This document shows positions 15,003 through 59,182 of a stretch of 64,000 bases of DNA, piece after piece. Both the position numbers and the translations under genes were made by a program. Under the pieces are notes generated by a model, which saw only the letters and a program-made list of their open reading frames with translations, had not been told where the DNA came from and did no database searches. Each line of letters starts with the position of its first letter. The first letter of the stretch is position 1. Source of the stretch: Octopus bimaculoides (Eukaryota); assembly GCF_001194135.2 (NCBI RefSeq), contig NC_068988.1:82817837-82881836 (forward strand), in the 5' to 3' direction.

Positions 15003-18000
15003 TGCGCACACAGTTTATCAATTATGTTTTGGCACCATTGCAACACACAAAAAGACACCATAGCAACATTAAATATAATCTCTAGAATCTATGAAGACAA
15101 GATGTAGTAGTCTATTGGAATAAGACTTAGTTGATTAGAAAACATAAATCAAGATAGGTTAATGTGCAGTGGGAAGAAATTTTCTCTTATGATGAGATTT
15201 GTCTGAAGTATTTGCTACTTGTTCACACAGCACACTTAATGTACATCTATTTTTGATGATTGAACGTATTTAAGATGAATGCTGAGCACCATATTTTTAT
15301 TTATTTTGAGATCTTATATAGTATTTAAATATGATTTAATGAACTGTGTGTGTGTGTGTGTGTGTGTGTGAGGGTTTACAATAGTGAGAGGAGGAAGGGT
15401 AGCACTTGTGACCCTTATTGCAGAGCTTCCAAGACTTGGTGGTTGGGGGAATGGAACAGTAAACTACAACTTCAAATTAAAGACACACTCTGAATACTTG
15501 AAATAGAGTGAACAATATTAAAGGCTCTGAAGGACCAGGTAACTGTGCTTAACAAGGTAATTAAGTCTACCACTTCAAATTGACTCTGTTAAAGAAACAC
15601 AAGGCCCAAATAGAACTTAATAAACTCTTTAAAATACTCAAGGACCAGCTTGTGATACTGTTTAGTGTTAGACATCAGTAAACACTGCTAAAGACACCTA
15701 AGGATCTGATGTTGATATTACTCCCTAGTAAACTCTTAAAAATACTTGATGGCCAGATGTTAGTGTTTTACTCTTGTAGATTCTATTAAAGAGACCGAAT
15801 GTCTAAGTGGTGGTGTTAAACCAGATGACAAATTAAATCTGATGATTATATAATTAAAACCACTGTAGTTTCATTTAGATACCTGTATAAAAACATGGTA
15901 CAGATTTAATTATATAATAACTAGCATAAACATCAGAAACTCTAAATACTTTATAGTAAATGTGTACAAAGTACTTGTTTGTTACACATAATTACCTACA
16001 CATATCTAGCTGAATATTTATGTCACACATACAATTTCAGTGAAAGTTTTAAATATTAGTTAAAAGAAAATGTATTGATTCTCTAAGATGGTTGGATTGT
16101 TTCTGAGTAAAAGACCTGTAACTGGAGAATGGGAGAAAAAAAATACATAACCTTCGAATGTTTTAAAGATTGTGTATAACAGATGTATATTTAGATATTT
16201 GTGAATGACCAATAAATTATAGAAGAGTGTAGAATGGGGAGAGAGGTAAAAAAATAATAATTTCTATTATCGGTTGTCTTTGAAGAATCAGACGGGTAAA
16301 TGATTCCCTACCATGAATATTCAGCATAGAATTCTTGAATGACTTAATTGCCAAGTTTATCTTCTATGAAGACTGCAATTCGTCCAAATTCCATCCAGTC
16401 TTACAATGTTACTGTAGACAGCAAGAAAACCTCATCAAATTGCTCCAGAATGTTATACTTTATCTTAGTTACATCATTGATGCATCATTGTAATCACAAA
16501 AGTATATCAACATAACTAACACAATTATCATTATATATATCGTCCAACCCATGGAAAGCGGACGTTAAACGATGATGATGATGATGATGATGATATTAAT
16601 GGTTTAAATAACGATACAGGTAGTGATTGTTTTGCTGGTTAGTGATGTGATAAGGGGAGATTACGAAAGCTGATGAAGAGAGATTTAGGAATAACAAATG
16701 AATTTAGATTTAGAAAAAAGATTGGGAATAACAGTCAGAGTATGAACAGGGTAGATGTTGAAACTACCAGATGAAATTAATTCAATGTTGTATTTAATGT
16801 TCATTACTTAAATGTTGAGATTTTCACTTTAAACTCACATATATTTTTGAAAAAAAAAACATTTTTTTTCATTTTTGTTATATATATATATATTTGTTTG
16901 TTTGTTTGTTCATTTTACATACTTTTTCCCCATGCTTGCATGGGTTGGACAAATATGTATGTATGTATGTATGTATGTATGTGTGTGTGTGTGTGTATGT
17001 ATATATGTATGCATTGTAGGTAGATTTCTGTCTAAATATGTTTCTTTCATTCTGTTTTTGTTTTGTTTTTCACTTCACTCACAATAATTAATCCTTTGCA
17101 TATGTATTTTCTTTCACTTTCATATTTTCATTCACTTATTTGCTTTGCAACTGTAAAAACATTTTTCTTTTTATTCACTTGATTTATTTCAGATTTATTG
17201 AATATATTGATTGAATGTCTATGTTTGTATGGCTAAGAAAGGTGAGATAGAGAGAGTTGTAATCTAGAAATTGTATTTTGATGCTGCAGGTCAGAGCCTG
17301 TCTGGCCGAATAGCACCACATGATTCATAAATGGAGTTATGTCACTCTACATTTAAATAAAATTGTATATGAACGTGTTGTCTTGGTTTGTTCTAAAGAA
17401 TTTCAGGTTTGAATGTGTTGGGATGTATTAGTTTGATGCATATGAAATTAATATTCACCAGATCTAGAGATAATGTTTCTCTATTGTGATTATAATTTTA
17501 TCACGTGTTTAAAGTATAATGGTCCTAGTATTTTTTTAAATTTAAATTGATTACTAACATCATTATTACAAGCAATTGTAAAGGGTATTGACCTAGTATT
17601 AAAGTGGTTCATTCAGATCTGAGAATATTGGCTCTCACAGATGAGACGATGTAGGATTGAGACCAAGTAGCGATTTACTGAAATACAAAGTGTTCAAATT
17701 TGCATTAGAATTGAAAGTAGAGAGTGATGATGTTGATGATGAGGACAATTCAACCAAATCCATATTGAATTCTTGGAGCTAGTATTTTACTGCTGTATAT
17801 ATCCCATTATTAACTAATGATTGGTAATAGAATATTGGTATGTAAACAGACTTAAATAAATTACCTCTCAACCCAATAACCAAAGAACAGTATGGTAGTT
17901 GGAACACAGGATGTCTGTATGTATCATATCATTTTAATTTCTGCTTTTCTATGCTTGCATGGATTGGATGGAATTTGTTGAGGTAAATTTTCTACAGCTG

Positions 18001-18156
18001 GATGCCCTACCTGTTGTCAACCATCACCTGTCTCCAAGTAAGGTAATATTTCCCCATGGAAATATTTCCATGTTTTCATGGGAGATTGGAATGAAGGACG
18101 TTTTATGTGATGGTGATGCTTGTTAACAACTATCATACAATGTCTAGCAACAAAGG

Positions 18157-18207
<51 letters not shown>

Positions 18208-19399
18208 ACAGGCTTCTCTCAGTTTCCATCTACCGAGTCTAGTTACAAGGCTTTGGTCAGCAGTATGTCAGGTTCTCTTCTCTTATGTCATGAGATAACT
18301 TAGCCATTCAATGGGAAGATCAATGAAATAAGCACCAGACTAAATAAAATAAATACTAGGATTGGTGTTAAGAAATAGAATCTCTTGGTGGTAGTGCTCC
18401 AACCTGATCACTGTCCAATGACTGAAAGAAGGCTAAAAGAGTCCATGACAGAACCTTAAGTTGGTGTTTTCTCCTAATTCTGTTCTAGTAAACATCTAGT
18501 ACCTGTTTGCTAGCTGTATATCTTACTCAATTTTACATGAAGCATGTATAATTATAATCTAGAGATGCAATACTACAAATATTTGAACTCATGATCTTGA
18601 TCTGTGAATTAATAATCCAATCAATTTTTTAACTATGTGATCGATCTATGTGTATTTGTGTGCTGACACAAAACAATGTCTTAGGAGAGGTTTTTGCTCC
18701 AATATGGATATAGTTTGTCATTAACTCACTATTTCAACACCATCACACACACCTTGTCCAAAGGTATGACAAAAATGGACTTTTTAAAATATTTTTCTAG
18801 TCTAATTGTGGTTAATTATGTATCGAACTGGCAAAAAAAAAAAAGTCTTCACATGAAGTAATCTAATTTTTCTTTAAAAAATTTGTGAGTGGGTTAGTTA
18901 GTGCTCAGTAGTGTTTTTTTTTTTGTTTTTTTTTGTTTTGTTTTTTTGTTTCTGAGTTTTTGAATTGTTGCTGATTGGAAGTTGAAAGATGGCGAGCTGT
19001 TATGGCTGGCAGACAGAGAAGCTTAGAATCTTCTTTTACTTGTTTCAGTCATGCTGGGGCATTGCCTTGAGAGGTTTAGTTGAACAGATCACCTCCAGTA
19101 CTTATTTTTGAAGTTTGGTATTTATTCTGTTGGTTTTCTCTTGTCAAACCTTTAAGTTATAGGGAGGTAAAACCAGTACCAGTTGTCAAACAGTGGTGGG
19201 GGTAAGCACAAACACATACATGTGTATATATAATGGGCTTACACACCGCATCCATCTACCAAATTCACTCACAATGCATTTGTAGAGGACTATAGTAGAA
19301 GACACTTGCCCAAGGGACTGAATTCGAAACAATGAGGTTACTAAGCAAGCTTCTTAACCATACTGCCACACCCACACCTACAAAAAGTTAAGTGACCAT

Positions 19400-21780
19400 C
19401 ATCATCATCATTTAACATCCGTTGTCCATGCTGGCATGGGTTGGACAGTTTGACCAGGGCTGGCAAACTGGAAGGCTGCACCAGACTCCAGTCTGTTTTG
19501 GCATGATATCTTTGGCTGGATGCCCTTCTTAATGCCAACCACTTTGAGAGTGTAATGGGTGCTTTTACATGCCATGGGCATGGGTGCCATTTGTGTGACA
19601 CCAGTATCTGCCATGACTGGTTTTACTTGGCTTGATGGAGTTTCTTCTCAAGCATGGCATAATGCCAAATGGACTCAGTCACTGCCTCTGTGAAGCCTAA
19701 CGCTTGATGCCTAGCATAATCCAAATGACCTTGGTCCTTCCCTCCATGAGGCTCAACGCTCAAAAGGTGGTTTTACATGCCACTGGCATGGGTGCCATTT
19801 CCATGACACCAGTATCTGCTATGACTGCAATTTTATTTGGCTCGATGAGTCTTCTTCTCAAGTACAACATAGTGCCAAAGGTCATTGCCTTTGTGTGGCC
19901 CAACATTCCAAAGGAGCTCAACCACTTTTCCTCCATGAGTCTCAACACTCAAAAGGAGCTTTTTACGTGCCACTTGTACAAGTGCCGGTTATGTGACACC
20001 AGCATCAGACACAACTGTGATTTCACTTGGCTTGACAGGTCTTCTCAAGCACAGTATATCACCAAAGGTCTCAGTTACTAGTCATTGCCTCTGTGAGGCC
20101 CAAAGTTCGGAGATCATGCTTCACTACCTCATCCCATGTTTTCCTGGGTCTACCTCTACCACAGCTTCCTTCCACAGTTAGGGATCGGCACTTCTTTACA
20201 CAGGTGTCTTCATCCATATGCATCACATGACCATATCAATGCATTCCTCTGTCTTGCACACCACATCTGATGCCGCTTATGCCTTACTTTTTTCTCAAGA
20301 TGCTTACACTCTGTCAAACATGCATACTGACATTGCACATCCAGTGAAGCATATTGACTTCAGTTCTTTCAAACCTATGCATGTCCTCAGCTGTCACAGC
20401 CCTTGTTTCGCTGCCATGTAGCATAGCTGTTTGCATACAGGCATCATACAGTCTGCCTTCCACTCTGAGAGTGAGGCCCTTTGTTGCCAGCAGAGGCAGG
20501 ACCTCTCTAAACTTTGCCCAGCTTAATCTTATTCTGACAGCTACACTCTTGGATCACCCACCTCCACTACTAACTTGGTCACCTAGATAACGGAAGCTAT
20601 CTACTACCTCTAGCTTACCCCACTAGCAGTTGATGGAATCTATTTTCTGCACATTTTCAGCGTTTATTGTACCTGTGCATCTACCACATACAAAAGCTAG
20701 TTTCCCTGTTAACCTTCCTCTGATATTGCTGCACCTGTCATGGTGTCCAAAGCTTACACTGGGTGCATCTTACAGAGTTACTACCTACACCTTTTCTATA
20801 GATTGAGCAGGGCCATCTACCTGAAAGGACTTGTGATTTGTCTGCCTTCTTACTTACTAAGACTTTGGTTTTTGCTAGGTTAACTCTAAGACCCTTCAAT
20901 TCTAGACCTTGTTTCCATACTGGGAACTTCTCTAGTTCTGATAGTGATTCAGCTATAAGAACAAGGTCATCAGGAGCTCCCAGGGGAAGCTTGTATTAAA
21001 TTCCTCTGTCTTGCCTGGAGGACTATGATGAACAAGAGGGGGCTTAGGGCCAATCCTTAGTGAGCCCCTATTTGTATCCTGAGCTCTTCACTGTACTTGT
21101 TGCCAATCCTCACCTTACTGGTAGTGTCTTTGTACATGGCTTGTACAGCTCTCTCTAGCCACTCAGCCATCCCTAGTTTCTGCATTGACCACCAGATAAG
21201 GGATCAAGAACCCTGTCAAAAGCTTTCTCCAAGTCAACAAAAGCTAAGTACAGAGGTTTATCTTTGGCTATGTATTTCTCCTGCAGCTGCCTTACCAGAA
21301 ATATAGCATCAGTGGTGTTTCTCCCTGGTACAAAACCAAACTGCATGTCATCTAGACTAACTTTCCCCCTAATTAGTTGAGCTATGACTCTCTCCATAAC
21401 TTTCATAACCTGATCCAACAATTTGATACCTCTGTTATTATTTCTATCCAAGGCATCACCTTTACCTTTGTAGCAGTTGACTATGGTGCTGCTACACCAG
21501 TCATTGGGTATGACTCCTTCGTGAATCACCTGATTTATAATGCAGGTGACTGGACCATCACCTACACCGCCAGATATTTCAATCATCTCAGCGGTGATTC
21601 CTGAAGGGCCAGGGGCTTTCTGTGTCTTCATATCCGTAATTGCTTTATCTACCAAGGTACTGTTGATTTAAGTAGCTGGTCCCTCAATTGAGCCAACATT
21701 TAGCAGGCTCTCCTCCTCCCATTCATTCTCTACATTCAGCAGCTTTTTGTAATGACATTTCCAAGTCTCTTTCTTTGCAA
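19400..21780 (-). mobile_element. 5'-truncated RTE-type LINE (RT plus 3' UTR with (GAT)n tail), decayed
   Basis: ORF 21173-21655 KAPGPSGITAEM...W..STIV..YKGKGD..DRNN.RGIKLL...QFGFVPGR.TTDAIF..RQLQEK....LYLAFVDLEKAFDRV; downstream LSPLLFIIVL and PWELL-DDLVL, with the YA of YADD deleted. Confidence 0.9.
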
Positions 21781-21869
21781 TCATCATCATTTAATCTCTT
21801 TCCATGCCAAGCTCTACCAACTGCTTTGGCATGGTATTCTAATGCCAATCACTTTACATAGTATACTAG

Positions 21870-22730
21870 ATGCTTTTTGGTAAGCGTCCAGGTTGTAGCT
21901 TCGTACGAACGAACTGACTCTACTGTTGCATGGAAAAAATTCCTCTTAAGATTGTCTAACAAAGTTGATTTCCAGACAACATCCAGTTTTTTGTTTTTAG
22001 AGCTGACTATGCTTTGGCTGTCCAAGTTTTGACATCCTTTCCAGTTGAGGTTAATACAAAACCAACATATGTAAAATCATCAACTTGATTGATGGATCCT
22101 TATTGATTGTGAACAATGAATTTGGTTTTACTAGAATTAACAAGTAATCCAACCTCATGTGCAGTTAATTCTAGGCTATGGAGTAATTGAGTGGAGTTTG
22201 CTATTGTGTCAAAGAGCAAGGCTAACTCGTCAGCATAGTCTACATCAATTATTTTTTTTTTGAGCTGGATGACTGATCAGTCCTCTTTTCACGAATGTCA
22301 AGTGATATTCTGAGACATAATCCAGAGTAATCACAAAGAGATTTGGTGGCATTATAAGAGCATCATAATTGATGTTGGAATCCAAGCTAGATGGAGCTTA
22401 CACCTGAATATTGAGAGCAGGCTTAAATATATCTTGGAGAACTTGTCCCACCAAGAAACAGCTGTATGATGATCTATCTGTTTCCACCATTATAAGAAAA
22501 ATGCACTTGCTCTTTGTGGCATGTTGCTAGTGAGCTAAACAAGAGCTGGCAAGTGACCTACTGCTATGGATGCCAAAGCATGACCATACTAGAACAGGTT
22601 GTCCAAACATATGTAGATCAACTCACCAGAGACACTGGGTGCCTCCCCAAAGACTTCCCTCAAGTAATACCGGACAGAGATAGATGGTATGTGTGAGTTA
22701 AAAATGTTTGAGCAAACTCAACCAGATGGT
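21870..22730 (-). mobile_element. Second RTE-family LINE RT remnant
   Basis: Minus-strand PNLFVITLDYV, DYADELALL, EVGLLVN..KTK; same family as 39380-39730. Confidence 0.65.
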
Positions 22731-23784
22731 AGTGACTAGATGCTTTTAACTTGGCAGCAGCGAGGTGACCATGTAACTTGCAAGAGAAGATCCTTCAACT
22801 GAGCTGAGGAGTAGTATTGAGGGAGGTAGCTGTGTGTTAGGTGTTAGTGTATGAATAGAGTTACAGAAATAAGTACCTTGCAGTAGAGGAGGTAGATACC
22901 TGGCTCTGTCAGTTGGAAAGAAGAGAGATAAGATGGTGAAGATGTAATGGGGCATACACTGTAAGTTACAAAGAGGGGTTTATAGTGAAGTAGACAAGGG
23001 ATTGGATAGGGTAAGTGGGTGGGTGAGGCTGTGAAAGAATGGGAGATGCAGGGGAGAGGAATGTAGTGAATGGATACACAGGATGTTAGGAGGATATGTT
23101 GTGGGGAAAAGACCTGGCATGGACATATTGTGTTCAGGTAGGTTCACAAAGGAGTATGGAAGATAGAGGGGAGGGGGTATTGGGAAGATAGGATGTTGGG
23201 GAGAAGTTTGTCAGGAGCTGATTGTATGGAGGGGGCATGGTCATAAAAAACATAACTTTTTGGCCTTAATTTTACTTAGCCAGACGTTAAGTAAATAATA
23301 ATGTAAATATTTAATATATATTCATCCTCATTTAATGTCTGTATGCCATACTGGTGTGGTTTGTATGGTTCAACAGGATCTGATGAGCCAGAAGACGGTG
23401 TTGAGCTCCAGCGTCAGGTTTGGCGTAGTCTGTATGGCTGAACGCCCTTCTTAATGCCAACCACTTTACACAATGTACTGGGTGCTATTTTTCATGGCAC
23501 TGGCACTAGTGACTTCATCAAGTAACTTTTAAAACACAACCCTGCAACTGAGTTGGGGTGTAGTATTGAAGGGACTAGTGTTGTACTAGGTATTGAGAGG
23601 CTGAAGTATGATAGTGGGAAAGGAACAGATGTTTCACTGTGGAGAAGGTACATGACCATCCCTGCTGGAAAGGAAGAAAGGATGGTGGAAATGAGGTGTT
23701 CAGGTATAACCTCAAAGTACATGAAGGTGGGTATAAGAGAAAATAAAGATAGGATTAAGGATGAATGGATAGATATGTAAATAT

Positions 23785-24012
23785 TTAACTCTTTAACATT
23801 CAGATTATTTTGTCAAATGTATTACTAATGTATTCACATTTTATAAAATTAACCCTGTATTATCTCATAGCTTTGAGAATTAAAATATGTGATTGTTTAT
23901 TTTTAGAATGACATTACAAGGTAACTGTGAGAGGCTGGATCTGGCCAGTTTGAACATAAAACAGGCAGGATATTTGAGCCAGATATGGCTGGTTTAAATA
24001 CTAAAGGGTTAA
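23785..24012 (+). mobile_element. piggyBac-type MITE (~230 bp, TTAA ends)
   Basis: TTAACTCTTTAACATTCA...TAAATACTAAAGGGTTAA imperfect TIRs; an inverted copy lies at 42190-42416. Confidence 0.65.
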
Positions 24013-24175
24013 TATATAATGATGGAAATATTTTCATGCATAGCCTGGAAGCATTTAGTATTCTCATGTTTGCTACTGGCACAGAACTGGTGCTGCTTTG
24101 TTTTCTCTATTAATTTCAAATGTTCAGTTCACATAAAATAACTGCTATAATCAGAAATTTGATTTATTCCTCTAG

Positions 24176-54609
<30,434 letters not shown>

Positions 54610-54893
54610 AGTGTCCAGGCAACTGTCAGCTTTCTCACTAATACCTTCACATCATGGAACAAGTCTCTATAAATGTATCACTTGCTGAACTGTACGACTG
54701 ACATTTGATATAAAGACATGACTGTCATATGATGTCAATATAGTTTCCATATTTTTTTAAATGCTATGTTATATTTGAAACTTCTCAATCAAATTATACC
54801 AAATAGATCAATGAATATATTTATTTGTACATCCTAGTTACAAACATTTGAAAAATATCAACTCTAAAATGAAGAGCAATTATTATTATTAAA

Positions 54894-54954
54894 AATAAAC
54901 ATTAAACTGAATATTTTCTATATCTTGGCTTTTTTTTTTTTAATTTTGAATAAA
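54894..54954 (+). terminator. Candidate polyadenylation signals of SFT2D (AATAAA at 54894-54899 and 54949-54954)
   Basis: AATAAA hexamers ~290-340 nt after the stop, with T-rich sequence nearby; the region is AT-rich, so chance occurrence is possible. Confidence 0.4.
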
Positions 54955-55459
54955 ATAAGATTTTTGTAGATATTCAAAATAAAACTTGGAGTATTTTTTA
55001 AAAACTTCCGTTTGTTTTTTTAATGTTGTATGCATTTATTACATCCTGACTTATGTCCTCAAAGTGGTTATGTAAAAGAGAGAGGAAGGAGAGAGAAAAA
55101 AAAGGCCATCTCAGCCATTGTACTTTGCAATTTTGTTCAGGTAGCTATTATTTAGAACCAGTCGTCTATAGAGGGAGATTTATTCTCATTCTGTTGAGAT
55201 ATATTTCCTGCCTATTAGGTCATTTATTTCACTTGAACCAGAGTATGCTATTATTTATTTGACTGACACAGTGATTGAACTTATTAATTGAAGTGAGAAT
55301 AATAGGCAGAGTCAAAGATTGCTTGAGGGTAGGTCACATTTTACTTTCTTTTTAAATGTTACACGGAGGGTGTAGATCTCCATAGTGAAGGAGCTATTTA
55401 AAGAGCTTATTGAAAATAGGAGCACACTGCGCAAGGGTGATTGTTACAACAGACATTCT

Positions 55460-55690
55460 TATTTCTTTATTGCCCACAAGGGGCTACACACAGAGGGGAC
55501 AAACAAGGACAGACAAACGGATTAAGTCAATTATATCGACCCCAGTGCGTAACTGGTACTTATTTAATCAACCCCGAAAGGATGAAAGCAAAGTCGTCCT
55601 TGGTGGAATTTGAACTCAGAACGTAGTGGCAGACGAAATACTGCTAAGCATTTCGCTCAGCGTGCTAACGATTCTGCCAGCTCGCCGCCT
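55460..55690 (-). mobile_element. Full-length tRNA SINE family C with a 16-bp target-site duplication
   Basis: Head GGCGGCGAGCTGGCAGAATCGTTAGCAC, B box GAGTTCAAATTCC, central CTTTCATCCTTTCGGGGTTGATTAAATAAGTACCAG (Meta-domain-like). TSD TTACAACAGACATTCT at 55444-55459 and 55691-55706. A degenerate copy lies at ~53390-53530. Confidence 0.9.
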
Positions 55691-57879
55691 TTACAACAGA
55701 CATTCTGCCAGGCTACAGTGGCTGGAGAAGTTTGTAGACTTGGCGATTCTCCATGTAGCTAAGGTGTCAATTGTAGTAATTGTATATCCTTGATATATAG
55801 AGCAATGCTATAGTATTGTACCTTGTTGGGTAAGGTCTGTACTACTAGTATTCCAGTCATGACCACTCTTTTTTTAATGTGCATTTGTAAGGCCTATTCC
55901 CCATTTTTTTAAGAGTGGGTAGCCACAGGACACACGCCAGGCATTCCATTCATTTTCCAGCTCTAAGAGGCAAGCCCCGTTCTATGCTTGGATCAAGGCA
56001 TAGAACACAACCCCCAATATCAGCAGCGAGGCCCAAGAGCATTTGCTGGTTTACCCCTGCCACACCATGCTGGTTCCGTACCCCTTTGAGCAACATCAAA
56101 TTCACTCATCCATCCACAAACACTCTTCAAGCTTTCCTATCATTTATGAACTCTCTTGTCTCTCTCACCCCAACACCTCTAACCACCACCAAAGCTTTCC
56201 TCACACCATCCATCCACACAAACTGAAGTCTGCTGCCTTCATCACCATCTACTCCTCACCCATCATCCTGGGTATGACTATAAACTACATCTGGTAGTGA
56301 GGCCCTAGTTTCAGGGTTTGAGGAGTGTGGAACCACCTCTTAGCCACTATTGTTCCCAGGTCTACTCTGGCCTGGAGTGGTTGCACTTGTAAGGGTCCCA
56401 GCTATGGGTTAACTAGCAAACTCCCCTGCGACTGAGGGGACTGGTAGAATGCAGTTTCCATATTCCCTGCGTGGTTTAAGAGGCAACTAAAAGGGGCCGG
56501 AGCAAAGGGACTGGGAATCCACTCCTAGTAATTTTATATTCTTAAAAAGACAAGGAAAAAGTATCTAAGTTCATTAATGAATCTTTTAAGACAGTGTAGT
56601 GTGATTTGAGGAAGATTTGGGTACTATATGTGTCAAGTTTCGCAATGTCATTGTTTACATCAGCTTTTACTTGCATGAGTTACTGGAGGGTTTTTTTTTT
56701 CATTACAGCTCAGTCAAAGGGCAACAGTTTATATAACTTTACTTAAGTTCTCCAAAACTGCTGAGTTATCCTCAGATTATCTGAATGTTAACAGAGTGAA
56801 CTCTTATTCAAGGATCAGGTTGCACTGGTGCTGAACAGAGAAAAATTAAGTCTACCATTCTATAACAGCCCCTCTGACATGTTTTCACAAAGTTTCCATT
56901 TACCACCAAATTTTACTCACTCAAATGATACTTACCCAAGGTATCATGCAGCAGGACCAAACCCAAAGGAAGTAGAAAAAACAAATTATTTGCTCTCTTC
57001 CGATGGTCATTTCATAAGTTGCAACTAGTAGTCCCCCAAGTATTATAAAACATCTTCCATTCATCACCTGTACAGTTGTTGATGCTTAGAAATTGACAGC
57101 AAGTTGAAGGAACATACTTTGATCTTGGTTTTAATTCCTTGTTTAAATGTCTTGGAGTAAGGTGAAGTATAGTCATATCTATGAAAATAGTAACCTAAAT
57201 TTCTGTAAGACTTAGTTGTCTTTCACCCTGACTGTATTTTCTCGTTCATTTTTCATATTCACATCAATCTTTTCATGCTAGCATGGGTTAGATGTACATA
57301 TGATTGAAGCATTATTTTAGCCAGATGTTTTTCTTGTCACTAACCCATACCTGTTTTTCAAGAAGGGACATCTTATTCCACATGTCTGAAGGTACAAAGC
57401 TAGCAGATAATTTGCTGACAGGGAAAATTACATCACTACTTATATAAGCAGAAGTAAATTGTAAGTAATCTTTGCACTAGTTTTAGGATTTATCCCAACT
57501 TGGTTACATCTAATGCAATGTAAACCAATTACTACAACTGAATGAAATCATGAAGTTGACCTGAAATAAAACAAAATCTCATGAGATATGATTAGAGTAA
57601 GAATGTAAAGAGAATAATTAGATCAGGTCAACTATTAAAATAGTGATTACCATAAGAGACAGAGGTAGAGAAAATTAGTTGTACATGTAAATTAGGCAAA
57701 TAAACAGCTAAATTTGAAAGTTTGCATAAAAGGAAAAGAAAATACAATATCCCATCCAAAAATAGTATTTTTTTTTTTAAATCACAAAATATCAACTAGA
57801 TTATGGCTGAGGGATAACATTTTAATCAAAGTAGCAACCCTCAGCTTCCACAACTGCCTCAAGACAGCTCCAGAACCTG

Positions 57880-58330
57880 GCACATGCATTCCTCACTGTA
57901 TCCCTGAGAAGATCTTCAAACACTTCCTCAGTCTTGGCCACCAGCTCAGCCTTGGTGTGTTGCAGACAGAAGAGTTAATGTCTCTCTCTCATCTGCACTC
58001 CACACACAGTAATCCATGGGATTACAATCAGAGGAATTAGGAGGCCAGAAATTAGAGCTGGTGAAGTTGTAGAAATTCTCCAATAACCACTTCTGGCTCT
58101 TTCCAGAGGTATGGCAAGGAGCCAAATCCTGCTGCCATACATGGACTTCCAGTAGTTTTACATAGCTACCTGAATTGAGCTTAAGACCCTGTTCAAAAAT
58201 GTAGGGCAGCATGTTATCACCATCACTGGAGACATCGAAAGACCATGACAGTTTGGGGAATCTTGACATTTGTGACGTCCATGTCATGTCTTACAGCCTT
58301 TACAGTGTTCACAAAGTACTGAGCAGCAGT
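57880..58330 (-). mobile_element. maT/DD37D-like Tc1-mariner transposase remnant
   Basis: SSDGD..LPYIFEQGLKLN...YVKLLE..VWQQDLAPCHTSGKSQKWL..NF......WPPNSSDCNPMDYCVW. Confidence 0.8.
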
Positions 58331-58932
58331 CCTCATGGTGTCTGCATTTTGATACCTGGCACAAATCAACATGATACACGTAGCTATTTTCCAATATTCA
58401 AATGGATTTCAGTCTTCCATATCAGCTAATTTTCCTTAACTACAACTTTAAACTTCATGCTCTCCAACACCATTGACTGTTCACCAATACATCAACATGG
58501 TTGTACAAATAAGATGTTAGCATTGCAAACCATGAGGTTTGGAGTTCAGTCTCAATGCACTGTCTTTGAGCAAGTATCTTCTACTTTAGACCCAGACTGA
58601 TTGGAAACTGAAAGAAACTCACAAATGTGTGTATCCCCCACTCATCTTAACATTACCCACTAATAAGCAAAACATCAAGTCAGTCGTTTGCAATTTTCCA
58701 TGTAAACATATCTATCCATTGTACTGTTTTGTTTGAATAACAAAGGGGAATATTATTGCACTTGGAAACAGATGAGAGGTGATAGACCTCAGCAAGAATG
58801 TAAAAAGCAAAATGTAAAACAACAATAAGGATTTTGATAAGCAAAGAAAAAAATATTTTTATGACATGTAACTATATACATGCACAAACAAACAAAAAAA
58901 CAACTCCACTAAAACATAGTCAAGAAATAATA

Positions 58933-58938
58933 TTTATT
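58933..58938 (-). terminator. Candidate polyadenylation signal (AATAAA) of EIF2S3
   Basis: tttatt on + about 180 nt downstream of the EIF2S3 stop. Confidence 0.5.
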
Positions 58939-59118
58939 AAACTGCTTCTGTGGTTGCATATTAGCAATGTCAGGCAATAAACCATGAAAATTTTGCACTT
59001 ATTGCAAGTTATAGATGTCAAATGTTCTCTCAGAAAAATCTCGTTGCCAGTCCTAAGTAAGGGGAGGCATCAATTACATTTACATAGTTAAGAGTCTACC
59101 GATATGGTAATTGTAAGC

Positions 59119-59182
59119 TCACTCATCAGGACCAACGGGCTTTACTGTCAAACCACGACGAATTTGTCCCCAGCCAATTAAT
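59119..59182 (-). CDS. EIF2S3: EIF2S3 last coding exon ([21 protein letters not shown])
   Basis: ttttgtag acceptor; LIGWG motif; TGA at 59119-59121. Confidence 0.97.

Noticed and set aside
15470-15830. Decayed ~105-bp tandem periodicity (TAAACTCTT.AAAATACT, TAAAGA.AC), also the 48-bp doublet at 27740-27819
   Set aside because: Ordinary degenerate minisatellites; no coding or structural signal.
55900-56530. Possible PLE linker ORF and a further SINE-like repeat
   Set aside because: Similarity too weak to assign a family without a database search.
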